Source: Octopus bimaculoides
Lineage: Eukaryota
Length of the DNA: 64,000 bases
Assembly: GCF_001194135.2 (NCBI RefSeq)
Contig: NC_068981.1
Location: 172,214,507-172,278,506 of the forward strand
Direction of reading: 5' to 3'
Part shown: positions 11,785 to 24,076 of the stretch, piece by piece
How positions within the stretch are numbered: position 1 is the first letter of the stretch
How the letters are laid out: each line of letters opens with the position of its first letter
Notes under the pieces: generated by a model
The model's input: only the letters and a program-made list of their open reading frames with translations
What the model was told of the DNA's origin: nothing
Databases searched by the model: none
Position numbers and translations under genes: made by a program

Positions 11785-13942
11785 GTTTGTCTTTAAGTTA
11801 AGTTACAAAAACAGTTTAGTATTAAACTGAAGGATTACTCAATAGTTTTTCTGCACAGCACATTTTTATTAGACGTTTACAAGAAAAGGATTGGTAATGA
11901 CTTCGAAGTTTTGGCTTGGAAGATTAAAAACAAGTTGTGGATATAGTGATGAACATACTTTTTCCAATAAGACTCGTAAGTAAAATGAAATTTCAGCTTG
12001 ACTCATGTTCTATGACACTCACCACTTGCTTACGATTTCTATGATCAGACTGGAGAAAAGTAATTTTTTTTTTTTTTTTTTGTTAAGCTTTACTTTTCTA
12101 ATCTTGCGTTATAGAAAGTAATAACATTCTGCTGAACTATAAGTTTCTGATCACTTTTGTAGACATCGGTATCATTCTACTGTGCCATTATTCCTTTAAT
12201 CTATTCCTTATAGACACTATTAATATTTTATATCATCGGAATTCTTAATTTTATAGACGCCACTAATACGGAGAAGGTGGATATTTTTAAAGCAAGAATA
12301 TTCTTTTGCTATATGATATAAACAACATACTTTCATTAAAAGTAAAAATAATTTATTTCTTTTCTTTTTATTTCAATCTATTTATCCAAAATCAAAAGTA
12401 ATTAGTATTTAAAGAATACGCAGGTCCGTACAATTTGACAAAATTGAATCAGGAAAAAATTCAATACACCAAAATTAAAATAAATTTTCTTCAAATTAAA
12501 AAGATTAGCATAAAATAAGAAGAAATTATTTAATCGTTTATTTTGTTTATTTTCTTTTTATTGTAATCACAGCTAAGTTATTCAGAATTGTTTACGACTT
12601 TTAAGGAAACTGTGTTTAGTATTTTTCCACTTTGTAACTAAGACGAAGCAACGTTATTTTTGTGAGATTCTACGTAACCAGGAATTCATTGTAAAAGACT
12701 TGGCTAGATGTATTCACGCGGAATATGTATAAATCAAACTGTCTTGTGGCATTGACGGCTCAGATTAAACTAAACTAACAATCGAGGTGTAATTCTGGCT
12801 AAGTTTGTTCTGCTTAAGGAATCACGAAAAGTCTCTTTCGACGAACAATAAAATCTTAGATTTTAACTCATATAACACTGTAGGCAATTTTTCATTTTCA
12901 TTCCGATTTATCCTACTGTTACTGGCTAAAATCACGTTCTTTGACTCTTCAGTAACACATAGGAAGCAAATGAAGATGTTCGGATTTGATAGCGAACCGA
13001 ACAACCATTTTAACTGTCTGTAGCTTCTATCCTTTCAGTCCAACATACTTAATTAACAAATGTCCCACTTCACTTTGTTGTGAGAAAAATACTGTATAAC
13101 ATTATAATCAACTCACTAACACAAGCAACGGTAGCGCTGTAAGATTGAATATTAGCTCCAATTTCATCTGGGAATTAACTATTGTACCACCAACATGCAC
13201 AGCACTGATTTTCCGACAACTGATGGTCAATCACCTTCTTTAATCCGGATAAATTACGAAGGGAAACTTGTAATTCCTGTGGCCGCCAGTCTAGTTCATT
13301 GCATTCAGTGAGCCGTGTTTACATGCATTATTTACACTGCACTCGTTAGTGATGATACCAAAATTTTAGGGATCCTCAGCTTATTTAGCTTAAAGTTACC
13401 CTAAGATAAGGCTACAACAGATAAGACAACTGAGAGTATCAAAAGTAAGCACTGGTCCATATCTATACGAGATAAAGTAGAATTTTATGATGCTTTAGAC
13501 CCATGGGAGGTGTATGATTATTAGATGTGTTGATGACCATGGTTGATCCGGCAAATCGGTTAATCCATCAAAGTTTTGGAACCATGAATACCAGGAAATT
13601 GGTGGTGTATATGTAGATCAATGCTAAACAGGTTACAAGGAAAATTCTGTTTTTTTTTTTTTTTCGTTCAATATCATTAGTTTATGTACGGAACAAACTA
13701 GAGTTAAATGGCTCAAGCACATACCATCGTTTCTGTAACCAACATTCAAACAGCTCTGTCCACCCAGCTCCATATATTTCAGAGTAACGCCAACTCGCTG
13801 CTATAAGCAGTGACCGCACCATGAACGTGATGAATGTCTCATAAGCTTGCAGTGTTGGGTTCAATTTCTCCTTGCTAAATAGCAAAGGTAATTTTAAAAA
13901 GGATGTAATTGACTAGTACCCATTCCCCAAAATTCAGGACTT

Positions 13943-14029
13943 GTAGAAAGAATTATGACAGTAGAAAGAATTATGACAGTAGAAAGAATTATGACAGTAG
14001 AAAGAATTATGACAGTAGAAAGAATTATG
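13943..14029 (+). repeat. 18-bp minisatellite (GTAGAAAGAATTATGACA), about 4.8 copies
   Basis: Direct tandem copies immediately 5' of a SINE. Confidence 0.95.
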
Positions 14030-14232
14030 GTGAGCTGGCGGAATCGTTACTGCGCCGGGCAAAATGCTTAGCAGCATTTCGTCCATCTTTACATTCAAAT
14101 TCTATCACGGATTTAGCATTTCATCCTTTTGGAGTGAATAAAATAAGTACTAGTTGAGCAGTGGAGTGGAGTCGATGTAATCTACTCAGCCCCTCCCCCG
14201 AAATAGCTAGCTTAGTGCCAAAATTTAAAATT
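14029..14232 (+). mobile_element. tRNA-derived SINE family A
   Basis: gagctggcggaatcgtta A-box head and conserved body (cttt..catcctt..gg..g..ataaaataagtac) shared with other copies in the window. Confidence 0.85.
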
Positions 14233-14275
14233 GTTGTTGTTGCTATCGTTGTTGTTGTTGTTGTCGTTGTCGTTC

Positions 14276-14465
14276 AGACAGTGAACTGGCAGAACCTTTA
14301 GCACGTTGGATTGCTTAGCAGCATTTCTTACGCCTCTTTATGTTCTGAGTTCAAATCCCACCGAGGCTTACTTTACCTTTCATCGTTTTGTGGTCTATAA
14401 CATAAGTCTCTGTCGAGAACTGAAGTTAATATTTTGAGCAGACTCCCTAACCCCAAAATGGCTGC
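14276..14465 (+). mobile_element. tRNA-derived SINE family A
   Basis: gaactggcagaacc head, B-box gagttcaaatcc, shared body. Confidence 0.8.
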
Positions 14466-14791
14466 TCGTCTCGTTTATTCCTAAGCTTCAGTTTTTTTTT
14501 TTTTTTTCTATCATTTCCTTACTCTCAAGCTAAGGCTCAGAACGATCAAACATTACATCCAGCATTTCTCATAAAAATCACCCAAACTTTATGTTGACTG
14601 ATTTTTCCCCATACCAATTTTCTCAGATTCCAGAATTTTCCCTATTTTGATATTATATTTTCAGGCCCACACAACTCACAATGAAGTGAAGTTTTGCAAC
14701 GATATCGGATTTTTTTTTTTTAATACAGAACTTGTAGTTAAGATTTTCATAGTTTAGTGAATCTCTTGCTAATATTTTGATAACTGTTTAA

Positions 14792-15002
14792 AGCAGCGAG
14801 CTGGCTGATTTATTAGCATGCTGGGCAAAATGCTTAGCGACATTTCGTCCGTCTTTATGATCTGAGTTGAAATTCTACTGGGGTCAACTTTGCCTTTCAT
14901 CCTTTCGGGGTCGATAAAATAAATACCAGTTGAATACTGGAGCCGATGTGATCGACTTATCCCACCTCCGAAATTGCTGGCCTTGTGCCGAAATTTTAAA
15001 TC
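14792..15002 (+). mobile_element. tRNA-derived SINE family A with 13-bp flanking direct repeat
   Basis: Full head and body; aatattttgataa at 14771-14783 and 15003-15015. Confidence 0.9.
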
Positions 15003-15020
15003 AATATTTTGATAATTATA

Positions 15021-15210
15021 GGCGGCGAGCGAGCAGAATCGATAGCACGCCGCGCGCGGCATTTTGTCCGTCTTAACGTTCTGAGTTCTAATTCCACCGA
15101 GGTCGACTTTGCCTTTCATCATTTCACGGTCGATAAAATAAATACCAGTTGAGCACTGGGGTCGATGTAATCGACTTACCTGCTTCCCCGAAATTGCTAA
15201 CCTTGTACCT
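15021..15210 (+). mobile_element. tRNA-derived SINE family A (CpG-rich copy)
   Basis: ggcggcgagcgagcagaatcg head, B-box gagttctaattcc, body closely matching the adjacent copy. Confidence 0.9.
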
Positions 15211-16425
15211 TCAAGAAACAACACAACAAACTATCAAAAACACCCCCTTCTCTATCACGAACCTGCTAACACTAGCTCGAAAATTTCTCTTAGATCATAT
15301 CCTACTGCATTAAAAATAGAAGTACACAGTGAATAATTCAGTCTTTTATACACTATACATGAAAATAGGAAAAGATGGATGGTCACAGTTGAATTATCTT
15401 TGATTATAGGTTTGCTCAGTCAAACAATATATGGCACGAGTCTAAACAATACATTATTACTCATCGATTTTATTGTGTTCTCGTTGCTTACAAAGATAAT
15501 TTTTTTATGACTTGTGGTATGTTTTCAGCTAGGTGCACTGTGCCATTGGAGAGTTTCATGGCTGCGAAAATAACACGATATGAATGAGAGGTTACAAGCC
15601 ACCGACCTCTCGGTTCGTTCGTACTCTCTGAATTGAATTAACTATCAGTTCCTAACACTAAAACTATTACACTTGTAGACTCTTTTACATTGGCACAAGG
15701 CCACAATTTTATACATATAAAATATAATCGACTGAATCAAATATCAGCAGTAACTAGTACTTGTTACATCCATAAAGTCAACTTCGGTGAGATTCGAAAT
15801 CAGACTCTAAAATGCAACTAAATTCTGCTTGGCATTTATTTAGCCGGGTACTTTGCCAAGTTGATGAATCCATCCCTCTACTAATAAACTCTAATATTCT
15901 TTTAATTCTGTGAAAACTCATGAATCAGTTGTCTTGTAAACAGAGCTTCTTGATTGGTTACTAAGAATTCGCAATTAATATGCATACCGCGAAAAATCAC
16001 TTTTGCTTACATCAATCAAGTTTGACAGATACTATTAAATGAACGAGAAACCAATAAATACGAAGCATGAGCCATAAGGTTTAACATAGTCGATACTTTG
16101 AGCCATAAACTTTTCACATTTATTTCGCATGATGAATGTCGGCATCCTAGTCAGATGTATCTGAGCATATGACAAGAACATTGCCGGATCAACGACGTAA
16201 CTAAGGTGCTAGAATCATGTCAATCAGAATTCACGAGGAAAAAATATTTGAAGTGATAGCAAGTCTTGTTCGATTATAAGATAAGTGTGAGAAGGCTAAT
16301 TGAAAGAAAATTTCAGTATTCTTCTGTCGAGTAAGTTCATTGAATTGATAAAACTTTCACGATTGCAAATATTGGGATTTTCTGCACTGTTCACTAAAAT
16401 GTTGTTGGGGATTGTTGGTGGACTT

Positions 16426-16448
16426 TGTGTGTGTGTGTGTGTGTGTGT

Positions 16449-16514
<66 letters not shown>
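16426..16514. repeat. (TG)n microsatellite
   Basis: Direct run. Confidence 0.95.
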
Positions 16515-16516
<2 letters not shown>

Positions 16517-17571
16517 TGTTCGTACGTGTGTGATATCGCGCGAACGTATATGTGGGTGTAATATTCCTAAAAGGTAATAGCTTCAGGTATCTGATATGGT
16601 TGTGTAATATATCAGTTCGACGCTTGAAGCAGTTCATCAGTCAACCAAGATGCAAATTGGGCGACCAACGGAGATTCACATCTTCCCTTTAAGCAGCAGA
16701 GACTTCAAATTTTCTTGATGAGCAAATATACTTTGTAACGATACGATGATGAGCGGGAGTTGATGAAATCAATTCTTCCTAATATATTTATAGTTACTTT
16801 TGAAAGAAATACCAAGGTGCTTCGCTCCGGTAGAGCAAAAACAGAAAAGAAAATAGGAAAATGATGTTCATTGCAAAATATCATGTAAATTTGTTTTTCT
16901 TCAGATTAAGAAAGATTTTTCTGTGTAAATATGAATGGTGTTATATTGGAGTGGTTAGTTACTGTTAGTATACATATTTTGCTGAGAGTCAGATTGTCAA
17001 AGCAGAATCATCCGAAATTATTCGCATAACGGAAGTTCTGTTGGCTTTTGGTGGTAGTATCAGTAAGAGAAAATTTCTTTTGCAGTCATGCTTCATCACT
17101 CACGAGTCTGTCTGTCAGCTTCGATTGTCTTTATCTGTCAATATCATCTTGTCTCTCGGTATCAACTTGCTGTTCACTGACCGTTAATCCGAACAAGTTT
17201 GTGTCTATGCACGCATGACTGTTCCACTGCCTGTTATTCGCGAGTTGTTTTGACTAGATTCCAAAATTTCTTTGAAAACCATTGGTCAGATATTTTCCTG
17301 ATGTGACAAAATGTCGATATAACATTTCATGTTTGAAAACCAAAAGGTTCCAGTTTCGAATCATGATGTAGATCTGCAACAACTTATTCAACTGGCTTGC
17401 ACACCAGGAAAGAAATACATCTGAATCGTTTAACGCTTTAAAACTTCACTACATCTTCCTGATGAGGGAGGTGGGTAAAACGAACAGGACAAAGAAGCTA
17501 TTTAAATTTGTCTATATATGTTATATATAAGAATGTCTGAATTTGTGTGCATATATGCTTGTTATCTATGT

Positions 17572-17623
<52 letters not shown>

Positions 17624-17972
17624 GCCTTGGGGAATTTCTTATTTGTTTAGTCAACATTATATACTAAATTATATTGCTTCGAGTTTTCGTGTATTGATCT
17701 CGATTACAATCCTGCATGGAAATACGCTATTGTTGCATTTTGAAAAATATTTGTGTGTGTATGTGCGTGTGTAAGCCTCTGGGTGTGTGTGTGTGTGTAA
17801 CTGAATATGATTTGTGTACTAGGTTCACATACCGCGAAGAATAAGAAAAATCAATATTCTATATATAGTGAGTTTTAATTCGGGTATTGGAATGTTCAAT
17901 ATACTCTAGTGACTGTTAGTTTTGAATTTTTCAATATACCCGAAATATACATATATGCTATCAATGCGCATG

Positions 17973-18012
<40 letters not shown>

Positions 18013-18166
18013 CACAAATACACACACACACACACATATTAATGTTTCTTTTATGTTTAGTTATATAAAACAAAAACACTGAACTGAAGGATCAATCAAT
18101 ACCTTCCATAGAGTATCATATTTATTTTATTTTGACAAAAATGTTAGCAGTTACTTCGGAGTAGCT

Positions 18167-18239
18167 TTATTACGGGCTGATGAAAGTTAATAAACCGAAA
18201 CTTTGGGGCTTCCTACCAACGTCTTCTTTGTAAAAATAA
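18167..18239 (+). ncRNA. Type I hammerhead-like motif (partly degenerate)
   Basis: CTGATGA-A-AGTT-aata-AACC-GAAAC-TTTGGGG-cttc-CTACCAAC-GTC; intact core, long stem III, GUC triplet; weak stem I. Confidence 0.55.
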
Positions 18240-18291
18240 TACACACACACGTATAGATTACATTATCATATTATATTCATCTATTCTTTTA

Positions 18292-18420
18292 ATCTTTTAC
18301 TTGTTTCAGTCATTTGACTGCGGCCATGCTAGAACACCGTTTTGAAGAGATTTTAGTCGAACAAATCGACCCTGGACTTATTTTTTAAGCTTAGTACCAG
18401 TCTCTACCAGTCTCTTTTAT
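18292..18420 (-). mobile_element. SINE family B 3' tail
   Basis: ttttacttgtttcagtcatttgactgcggccatgct... matches the tail of the full copy at 30388. Confidence 0.8.
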
Positions 18421-18427
18421 ATCATAT

Positions 18428-19024
18428 ATCATATTATATTATATTATATTACATTATATTATATTATATTATAATATATTATATTAAATTATATTATATG
18501 TCATGTCATATCATATTACATCATATCCTATCATATTATATTGCTATATTTTGCGTATGGCAGACGCTGCATTGCGGAAGACGCACCCTGATTTTGGAAA
18601 TGTAGTCCTAGAAAAAGTAATTTTTATACTTATCGAAGTCCTGTTCACACGATCAGGCAGTGTCTGGTGGTCGCGCACTAAATGCTTTGCAAGCAAACTA
18701 GCGGAGTGCTCATACCTGTCGTTAAATGAAATCATCAGGCAATGGCCACCTACTTGCTGGTTTGCCTCCTGGTATCATTGTTGTTCGTTTTAGCTGTCTT
18801 GCTTACTTATCCAGACACTACTGCCTGATCGCGTGGACAGGACTTCGATAAGTATAAAAATATACTTTTTCTAGGACTACATTTCCAAAATCAGGGTGCG
18901 TCTTCCCCAACGCAGCGTCTACCATACGCAAAATACGGCAATATAATATGATAGGATATGATGTAATATGATATGACATGACATGACATGACATATAATA
19001 TAATATAATATAATATAATATGAT
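18428..19024. mobile_element. Foldback-like element with ~215-240-bp imperfect inverted arms ending in pentanucleotide arrays
   Basis: About 18428-18667 is the reverse complement of 18811-19024 with scattered mismatches and a 3-nt indel; outer parts are (ATATT)n/(ATGTC)n; 143-bp spacer. Confidence 0.75.
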
Positions 19025-19696
19025 AGACCATTTACCAGCTACCGGCATTTCAAATACGGCTGTCACCCACCACTCCGTGCGTACAATCACACCGTTGGAC
19101 ACTGCTCGACTGTGTGATCGGACCTTAACTGACACTAGTTGTTTATCAGTCATTATATCATCAATTTTTAATAAAGAATCTGTAAAAGAAGTGGAAGTCT
19201 TGTATGTAACACTCCTTTTCTACGGACTGTAATGTTTACAGTCTTTGATTTTATTTTATTTTTCTTTTTTAGGTTCTCTTTTAAATCTTATCCGTATGAC
19301 GACGATGAAAAGTATTTTCCATTAGTAGAAGGAAAGCAAATATATATATNNNNNNNNNNNNNNNNNNNNNNNNNNNNNNNNNNNNNNNNNNNNNNNNNNN
19401 NNNNNNNNNNNNNNNNNNNNNNNNNNNNNNNNNNNNNNNNNNNNNNNNNNNNNNNNNNNNNNNNNNNNNNNNNNNNNNNNNNNNNNNNNNNNNNNNNTAT
19501 ATATATATATATATATATATATCAGTGTCTTTGTTTACTTTGAATAATAAAAAAAGTAAATGTAGAAAAGCAATTTAGTACAAGTCAGACGGATTACGAA
19601 TTTCAGGTTAGTAAACAATAAAAATTACAACTACAAAAATTGAAAATTTCTGAAAATTATGTCTAGTGAAACAGTCAAAAGCATTTTATTCAAATT

Positions 19697-20560
19697 CTAG
19701 AACTCATCGCTACTGAACTGATCACCAAGCCTCAAATCATTACGAGAGAAAACATCACCATCATCACTCTTACAATAAATGCCGTTTACAGTTAGCATCG
19801 TGTCGTGATTCCCCTCCAACATCCATTTATTCCACTGCTCCCTCATCTTATTCTTAAATGGACTTACTAAAGCTGACACCTATTGGTTCTAACAGGAAAG
19901 TCAGACCATCGGGATTTACTGCCAGCTGTGTTTAGTTTCTTTGATAGCATCTTTGATGTTTTCAGACTGTAAGCACTAAACTGATCCCTTAGGAACAGTG
20001 ATATTTTTAAGAGCAGGCCATTAGATCACTTCAACCATACTTTTTCCAACCATAGAAGTTGTCTCGAACTCTGATTGAGTTCGGAACAACTTTGTGTCCT
20101 AACATTAATAATAAATCTATAAATGTATGAAAATTTACTATTTTCTCTTTTTATTCAACAGGCATTTTCTGAGTTAACTTAGCTGTTGTTCGCAAACTTA
20201 AGTTATTTCGTTTCCTGAAAGGAAAATACCAACAATCAGTTTCTTTGAAATCATTCAATCCTGTATTTGCTGCCAAATTATTTGCTTCCAAAATGATCAT
20301 CTTCATTTTGTTGGTACATGCTATTAAAAATTTGTTTTTTCCTACTTCCATCACTGACGAATCATCTCAGTACGTAGCGGACCGAGGCTTCTCTCTACTG
20401 CCTTGTTTCCATATTCTTTGACATATTGCACTACTTCAAGTTTAAAAGTGATACTATATTTATGTCTCCTTGATATACATGCCATATATGAGGGAAAATA
20501 ATTTGTAGAACCGAAAATGGATTGTGACACCAATGAAGACCTCTTAAAGAATGAACAGAG
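19697..20560 (-). pseudogene. pogo/Tigger-family transposase remnant (CENP-B-type HTH plus DDE C-terminal part, internally deleted)
   Basis: RRHKYSITFKLEVVQYVKEYGNKAVER; NDFKETDCWYFPFRKRNNLSLRTTAKLTQKMP; PFKNKMREQWNKWMLEGNH, in collinear order across frameshifts. Confidence 0.85.
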
Positions 20561-21147
20561 TTCCAGACACATAACTGTGAAAAAAAAATTCCTGCTCAGG
20601 GAGACGACGTGCCGATCTTTCGCAATTTCTCAAGAGATGGTGTTACCACGCCACTGCCATTAGTACCGCAAACAACACAACAGCAAAGGTAATGCTGCAG
20701 CAGTAGAGTTTTTAATACAAAGCTTTTATTTACTTACAGGGTAATTGTAATAGTATTCATATCAATGATAGTTGAATCAAATGTTTCAACGTAGGAAGTA
20801 CTTGTACTTGCTAAATAATGAAATAGTCTTTGTAAAGGGCTGATTTCAGCTAACTCTAAGAAATCCAACTAGCATCGTGGAAAACATATGGCAATTTTCA
20901 ATGTTTTTGTTTTTTGTTTTTTTTTACAAACAAAAAAATGTGTGTATTCTATTCAGCAAAATATTGTTAATTATGTATTCATAAACTGACAAAAAGAGAA
21001 GACAGGCTTGGGTATGTGTCTCAAAGCAAGAGAAACAGCACTCAATATCAAAAAATAAAAACGACTGTGTATTCATAACCGAAACCAACGGAAACCTATT
21101 TCCTATATTTATATATGTATGTACATATATTTATAGTAATACTTGTG

Positions 21148-21350
21148 AGGCGAAGGATTGGCAGCGTTGCTGGAGTGTCGAGCAAAACGTCTTGCGGCAT
21201 TTATTCCAACACTTTATGGTCTGAATTCAAATCCTGAAGAGACCAACAGTGTCCTTTCTCCCGCCGAGATCGGGAAAATAATTATGACAATCAAGTAGGT
21301 GAGTCGATTTAATCGGCTAAATTCTCACTAAACGTTCAGGCTTGTCCCTG
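21148..21350 (+). mobile_element. Degraded SINE family A
   Basis: ggcgaaggattggcagcgttg head remnant, gaattcaaatcc B-box, decayed body. Confidence 0.55.
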
Positions 21351-21480
21351 TGTAACAAAATATAATGGTAGCTTATGTACGTCGTATAATATATATATAT
21401 ATAAATATTTGATACCATATATATTGGCTCAGATCTTTTCATCTGAGCTGCATTTAGTCTGGAAGTCCAGTCTTAATTAA

Positions 21481-21806
21481 CTGGCACTCCTTCGGTTACA
21501 GCGACGATGGTTCCAGTTGATCTGACCAATGGAACAGCTTGCTCGCGAAATCAACATGCAAGTGACTGAGCAGTCCACAGACACGCGTACCCTTAACGTA
21601 GTTCTCAAGGAGATTCAGTGTGACACAGAATGCGACGAGACTGGCCCTTTGAAATACAGGTACTACTCATTTTTGCCAGCTGAGTGGACTGGAGCAACGT
21701 GAAATAAAGTGTCTTACTTAAGGACACAACGCACCGCCAGGAATCGAACTCACGTTCACACGATCGTGAGCCGAATACCCTAACCACTAAACTATGTGCC
21801 TTCAAC
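21481..21806 (-). mobile_element. tRNA-derived SINE family D
   Basis: Body (aacatgcaagtgactgagca.tccacagacacg.gtacccttaac) shared with the 29451 copy; head with tagtggttaggg A-box and gagttcgattcc B-box on the minus strand. Confidence 0.8.
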
Positions 21807-22548
21807 CAGTCCAATTAGTCTATAGAGATTCAGCAGCTTACCATTTTAAACAACATGAATACTGTATGATTGATGAGTATTTGATTAGCTAACAGTGTTA
21901 ATTTCAAATTCTACTATTAATATGCAAAAGGTAATGGGTCATGATTTCGCTGAACATTCGGCTTATTTCAGAATCACAAGAGATTATTTGCGATTTAATG
22001 ACTTGGTGATATTAAAGTGTAACATTTTACAGTAGATTTTAGAGTCTTTGTTTACTAGAAAATTGGTTGTGAGTTGTTACTGTTTTGACTTTTTTGGGGG
22101 GTTTTTTGTCTTCTTTTTTTTTTTTATATTGCGTTTGTCATTGTGTCGGTGGTGTTGTTTGTATTGCTATGGTTAGGGCAAAGGGAGGAGACAGTACTGG
22201 CATGTTGGTCAATGAGTCTTTATTCACTCAGAATTTTTTGTTGTTATTGCTTTTTGTTTTGGTAGGAGTGGATGGTGTTTTGGATGCAGTCTAGGAACTT
22301 TATATGGGAGTAGCAGACAAAATATAATTTCAAAAGTATGGGAGGACATTAAAAACACCCGAAGAATTCAAACAATTCAAAGTGGGAGCAGTAATATGAA
22401 ACTTATGCATAGCATATATCATGATCAATGGAAACCCATATAAAAGTTATAAACGTTATACTCAGATCGTATAAGGATCAAAATAATGGTTGGAATGAAT
22501 CAATAGAAGACAGAACATGAACACATCTAACATCTCCAAAATAATAAT

Positions 22549-22743
22549 GATTTCAAATTTTGACACAATGCCAGCAATTTTTATGGGAAGGGATTGCGTC
22601 GTCGATTATATTGACCAGTTCTCAACTGGTACTTATTTTATCGACTCCAAAAGGTGAAATTCTTAGGTGGAATTTGAACTCAGTACGTATAGACGGACGC
22701 TAAGCATTTTTCGGCGTGCTAACGATTCTGCCAGCTCATTGCC
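22549..22743 (-). mobile_element. tRNA-derived SINE family A
   Basis: Reverse complement of the family A head and body. Confidence 0.85.
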
Positions 22744-23861
22744 ATCATCTCCAAAAATAATAACAGTAATTCTTATTATTCCTCAATGACAATAGAATAC
22801 TCTGAACACTTTTTCATATTATTTGCTTTACTGCAACCTCAGTCAAGATGTTAAGAATTTCATTTGGACAATTGGTGAGGTCCACTACATATTTGCTTCT
22901 AATTGCCTGTTCATTATTTTTTCTCATAGACAAGGAATAGACTTGGGTTGAATATGTAGTAATTTCAAAATGTTATCACAGTTAGTATCGGAAACTCCTC
23001 CCTAATCACTGCTTCATCTCGCATGATCTTACAAAGATTTCCAGATACTCTCGGTTCTGCGCTATTTGCTACTTGTGTGCAGTGTTTACTTAGCCTAAAA
23101 CCAGCATTTCGCGCTCTGTGTTTGCTCGATGATCCTGTTTCAGTGATATCCCCTGTAGAAGCAGTGGTACCTATTGAGATTCATGAGTCCCATTAACTTC
23201 TTTGATATTTTTATCACTTGAAATATTTTCAAATGCTGAGTTTGGATCTGTAGAGACTTGAAGTGGGATTTTGGTATATCCTGATCGTCAATGTCAACAC
23301 ATCTATCCTTGGAAATAGTTTGTGTGGTTGGGTGTTATAGATATACAACTTTGATCATTCTCACTCTTTTCTTACCTGAAATATTTTGTTTTTCTATTAG
23401 GATCTTTTGGGCTCTGATGTGACCAGTATAAACAGTTTATCTGTGTCTGTTGTTGCAAGGGAGGGTGCATTCTGCACATTTACACAGCCGTTTACATGTT
23501 TTTAGCATAACATTAGTATACACAATTTGGCTTTGGTAGAGAGTAGTGATCAACGATAATATAAGTAAATTTCAGCGTAAGTGTATTCATTTTCCACCTA
23601 CAGAAGTCGTCCAGAACATTTTACATCAAACATTAAATATAGAAAGACTGTAATGCTCCAGAATTTTCTATAATAAACGAAAATGAGGTTGGAGTGTAAT
23701 TAACTGAGTTAACTCTGAGAAATAAGAATGCTAAGTTAATTCCTCTACTCCTAAAACAATAATAGGACAAATTCAAAGTTTTTAACTAGAATTTTCATTT
23801 ACATATTGATGGCAATTAATTTGCCACTACCTTTAATTTGTTAATAGTCTTGCTCCATCAA

Positions 23862-24076
23862 AGGCAGCGAGCTGACAGAATCGTTACTGCGCCAGGTGAA
23901 ATGCTTAGCGGCATTTAGTCCGTGTTAACGTTCTGAGTTGAAATTCTGCCGTAGTCGACTTTGTCTGTCATCCTTTCGGAGTTGATAAAATAAGTACCAG
24001 TTGAGCGTTGGAGTCGATATAATCGACTTACCCACCTCCTCTGAAATTGCTAACCTTGTACCAAAATTCGAAACCA
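23862..24076 (+). mobile_element. tRNA-derived SINE family A (full length)
   Basis: aggcagcgagctgacagaatcg ... ccaaaattcgaaacc. Confidence 0.9.

Noticed and set aside
13330-13870. Possible CR1-like remnant (VSDDTKIL)
   Set aside because: Single short motif, insufficient support
18724-18735. Minus-strand CTGATGA in the foldback spacer (also a plus-strand CTGATGAG near 17459)
   Set aside because: No downstream GAAA with a closing stem II
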